Source: Nemertoderma westbladi
Taxonomy: Eukaryota > Animalia > Xenacoelomorpha
Direction of reading: 5' to 3'
Length of the DNA stretch: 36,728 nucleotides
Assembly (NCBI GenBank): GCA_032718475.1
Contig: JAUCBJ010004878.1
Span: 1-36,728, forward strand
The translations under genes were made by a program, and so were the position numbers. The notes beneath the pieces are model-generated. The model had not been told where the DNA came from. It saw only the letters and a program-made list of their open reading frames with translations, and ran no database searches. How positions within the stretch are numbered: the first letter of the stretch is position 1; every line of letters starts with the position of its first letter. Positions 33,072 through 36,728 of the stretch are shown in pieces.

Positions 33072-33339
33072 CTGGAACGAGTTAGAATACAATATTACAA
33101 TAATACAATAAACTTTATTTATATATTTAGCTATAAAGTGACCGGGCCTATATCAGGCCAGGTCTACTGTGCCCAGAAATCTTGCCACCTCAAAATGCAA
33201 CATTAAGGTGGTAACATTTGTTGCTGCATTGCATAGTACCCCTTACTAAGGATATTTATGAATCCAACTGCACATGCACCATTGGACAAAAATAGACCAA
33301 ATACATATCCACATACATAACCCGTTACCACTTCTCATG

Positions 33340-34720
33340 TTCTTGAAGACTGGGTAAGAAGTTTCCTAAGGTGGTTCTGATTGTGTGCTATTCTCCAACT
33401 AGTGTTGCCCCTGTAGAGGTGGAAAATTTCGACCACAATCTAGAAGCAGCTACTGATGGAGTGGATCAGATGCACATGCTTTACTCTTTGCTCCATCACC
33501 AAATTATCGTGGCTAAGGCAAAACTTAATCTCTTGCCAGAGCATGACTGGTCCTCTCTATTGAAACAGCCAAGTGTGAGATCCAGCTTCACACTAGACCC
33601 GAGCAACAGATACGAGACCCTTGCATCTGAGGCAACAGATCATTGTGAGGGCTATACTGCCTTCACAGAATCAGGTAAGGCAGCAGCTGCAGAAACAGTT
33701 GATGTATACCCGCGAAACAAAAAAAAGCACCCTGCTCGGACCACAGAATTCGGAAGTGTCGAGAGAATATCACTAAGGCACAGAGAGAGTTACGGCTCAA
33801 ACAGACTACAGCGGCTAAGAATCCAGTTAATGCTGCACCTAGGTCCCTGAATAGGCAGTACTAGGATAATCTACATGGAGGATGGAGCTTATCAACAAGC
33901 ACGTTGATGCCATCAATGATGCCAATCGACAACTTGGTGACTGGGTTCATAATGGGTTCCGTAAAGGTCGTGGGACCATGGAGCCCATTGTGGCAATTAG
34001 AAGGATAATTGGAGAGTTATCAAAAAAGAAAGACAGGCATCTGGCTTTCATCTTTGTTGACTTTGTTATGGCCTTTGATTCAGTCTCTCGCTCACGTATG
34101 TTCAGCAGTACTGTATTTGCATTATATGGGATTCCTGATGAAATTATTGCAGCAATCAGATTAGTATACGATGGTTCGACAACATTTGTGTCTATTGTTT
34201 ATGGTGACACAGATCCATTTGAAGTGTTATGGGGCGTCCTCCAGGGAGACACACTTGCACCTTTCTTATTCATAGTAATTGTGGTTGACTATGTTCTACG
34301 CATGTCCGTCCTTATGTCATCATAATGATGATGGGGTGATGGTAACTCCACCTACTGGCTCCAGACAGAAGTCGGGGAAATCCAGACATACCTCATCTAG
34401 ACTAGAGGGAGCCCAACTTATCTATCACTAGAGGGAGCCCAACGGCTGAGCTCATTAGAACAGGCTGCTAAAACTAGTGTTGGTACTTTTGTTAACTCCA
34501 AGAAGACCAACATTGGGACAGTTAACTTCGACAGTCCTTAGGTAATATCTGATCGTATAACCATCAGCTCTAAGGATGGTTTGTTTGAGCATGTGGATCT
34601 ATTGTAGATCATTTTGATCGTGGATCCGAAAAGTGAGTCAGTGAGTAGTCAGGTGAGGACCTTCGAATACGTAAGGGTTATACATATACATGGTAGCATT
34701 GAATCCATGATTAGGAAGTC
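33340..34720 (+). mobile_element. Decayed RTE-like LINE (endonuclease and RT remnants) in the FIG4 intron, first part
   Basis: VCYSPT; NRYETL; NGFRKGRGT...FVDFVMAFDSVSR...GVLQGDTLAPFLF...VVDYVLR; deletions and frameshifts. Confidence 0.9.
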
Positions 34721-35517
34721 GGAGCAATATACAAAAAAGTGGCCAAAACATACAAAAAAGTAAGAACAAGATGTAATACCATTTCTACTGAATGAAATCT
34801 CATGAAATAACATGTTACAGGTAGACATTTTCATCAGGAATCTAGGAAACCATGTTTGCTAAACGCTACTGTAAATAAATAGCCTTAAATTTTGCTTGAT
34901 ATCGTCAAAAACCACGGAAAACGTGATGTTTTGACAAAAAATTATTAGGAGCAGTTAAATAAGGATTTCTAGTTTCTATCTGATGTCAATAAAAGTTAAT
35001 GTGTTATATACCAAATGAAAGCTCGAAAATTTGTCTATAAATTTTAAGAAACATCATATCTGTAGATGTATAGTTTGCATATAGGAGATCCTGTAACACT
35101 TTGTTTTCTATTACACCACTAAAAAGGTCCCCAATGGCAAAAATTGAATAATGGCAATTGTGGTTACAGGCACACCTAGACATTTTTTAAGAATCCGTAA
35201 TTACTCAGCTGTAACACACAAAGACAATTATACAAATTCATCAAAAACTTTTGAAGATGTGGGTTTGAAGAGCCTCAGATCGAGATAAAAAAAACCCTAA
35301 ACTGGTCCCTCCTGTAACCAACGTTAAAGCTGATAGAATCGCATACAATTGGTACCTCGGTAACAGTTCTGAAATCCTCCTTGAAAATGCTTTCATTTGA
35401 TGTATAATGGTCATACGCAGCATTTATAATGTGTGTTTGGCAGTGTCAGTCGTACCATAAAACGTCCACATCAAACGGAAGGTTACAGGGGGACAAGTGT
35501 CACACGCCTGTCACCAA

Positions 35518-35802
35518 GGTTCCACCTTGGTGTAGTGGTTGCATTGAATTCACATCTCCCGTAGGTCGTGGGTTCGATCCTCACATGGGGCCAGGGCAGT
35601 TTTCGTTTCGGCACGAATGCATTAAAGGGACCAGCCAGGGCGCATCTCTGCCTTGCATCCTTAAGTGGTAGCTAAATGAGTACTGGAGTTTCCTCTGGGG
35701 AGTAACGTAACGTTCTGGGGGGACCGCACTGGAAATAAGTCGTCAGACTTTGTGCGTAATCCCTGGCCTAGCGGCCGAAGAAAATTTACTTTACTTTACT
35801 TT
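35518..35802 (+). mobile_element. tRNA-derived SINE
   Basis: A box tggtgtagtgg (35528), B box ggttcgatcc (35571), central gccttgcatcc...taaatgagtac block, (tttac)n tail. Confidence 0.85.
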
Positions 35803-35872
35803 AACCAATTATCCTATTAAAATAATGGTTACAGGCAGTGGACAGGAAGGGACAAGCAGTATATTTTTTTTA

Positions 35873-36091
35873 CAAGCAAAAAGCAAACAGTCGGCCGAAG
35901 CCGGAGGCGACCCGAAGGCTCCTCTTTCGATAGCTGCTACCCGAGGGTAGGGGTGGGCGCTACTCCTATTGGGCCTACTGGTACTCATTTTATCGACCCT
36001 AGTGGATGAAAGGCTGAGTGGACCCTTGCGGGGCTGAACCTACAACCATTAGATTGCAGGCCCGGCGATCAACCAACTGAGCTACCCCGCC
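35873..36091 (-). mobile_element. tRNA-derived SINE, second family
   Basis: Minus strand: A box tagctcagttgg, degenerate B box ggttcagccc, central ctcagcctttcatcc...gtcgataaaatgagtaccag, hairpin-like tail gagccttcgggtcgcctccggcttcggccgac. Confidence 0.8.
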
Positions 36092-36259
36092 TTCATTTTT
36101 TTGCATTTTTTTTACAGATCATATTTAAGGTCGGCCAATACATTGAATTCTACAGACTCTGAGCTTCCAGAATATATCATATGTTGGGTTTTGAGAAACT
36201 TTATTTTTTCCCAAAAAATGACTCTGGTTTGGCCACTTTTTTTGTAAATCGCCCCAGTC

Positions 36260-36530
36260 ACTATTTAGACGTATTGAGAATACGTCGGAAACTTAAGGTC
36301 CGACTATTTAGAGCAGCAGTAGTTCCAGTACTCCTCTATGGGAGTCCATGCTGGGCTCTAACTGCTGAGGACACCAAATCTCTGGATGGCACATTCACAA
36401 GAATGCTACGCCGGGTTCATTGTGTCAAGTACAATGCACACCTCTTCAATCAGACACTATATAACATTGGAGGTGTCTCATTGGTTCCCCCAAACTTGAC
36501 ACTTGAAGAAAGCCGTCTCCGCTTTGCAGA
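36260..36530 (+). mobile_element. Decayed RTE-like LINE, continuation after the insertion
   Basis: LKVRLFRAAVVPVLLYGSPCWALT...LDGTFTRMLRRV...RLRFA, a typical RTE ORF C-terminus. Confidence 0.85.
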
Positions 36531-36728
36531 TCCTTCCGGTTCGCCAGCCAATGAATCTCGTGAATTTGTTTCCAGCAATTAGGTATATCCTGAAAATTTA
36601 CGTGATCTTGAATGTAAACAAAAACAAAACATAAGAAAATTAAGGGGAAGGGGGGGGGGGGGGGTACGAATCGTACACCCACAAGGCGCTTTTTGTTTTA
36701 ATAATTATAATTTAAAATTATAAATGTC

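Larger units (their letters stand above)
34721..36255. mobile_element. Non-autonomous DNA transposon with ~29-bp TIRs and a 4-bp TSD (Sola2-like), inserted in the RTE
   Basis: ggagcaatatacaaaaaagtggccaaa pairs with tttggccactttttttgtaaatcgcccc; AGTC at 34717-34720 and 36256-36259; the RTE sequence resumes after it. Confidence 0.75.

Noticed and set aside
35518-36091. Functional tRNA genes
   Set aside because: A and B boxes are present but no complete cloverleaf is evident, and both continue into SINE body and tail sequence.

Overview
Eukaryotic (metazoan, probably invertebrate) AT-rich, transposon-dense genomic DNA; there are no operons, rRNA or CRISPR. Main content: (1) a minus-strand SSR4/TRAP-delta gene that the ORF track misses, with four coding exons read by hand (20964-21036, 20126-20244, 4489-4590, 3932-4057). 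All junctions are GT-AG and in phase; the last, transmembrane exon was not found and probably lies left of the window. (2) Its 15.5-kb second intron (4591-20125) holds an intact, intronless IMPDH gene on the opposite strand (5958-7499), an ~8.8-kb 22-bp satellite with higher-order duplications (7891-16725), and RTE, hAT and CRE-like transposon remnants. (3) An intronless, compact, bacterial-looking gluconokinase (27320-27799), a horizontal-transfer candidate. (4) The terminal coding exon of FIG4 (minus, 31981-33071). The rest is nested MITEs, a solo LTR, LINE fragments and two tRNA-derived SINEs. Gene and TE family calls rest on recalled motifs, not database searches. The long ORFs inside the satellite are artefacts.
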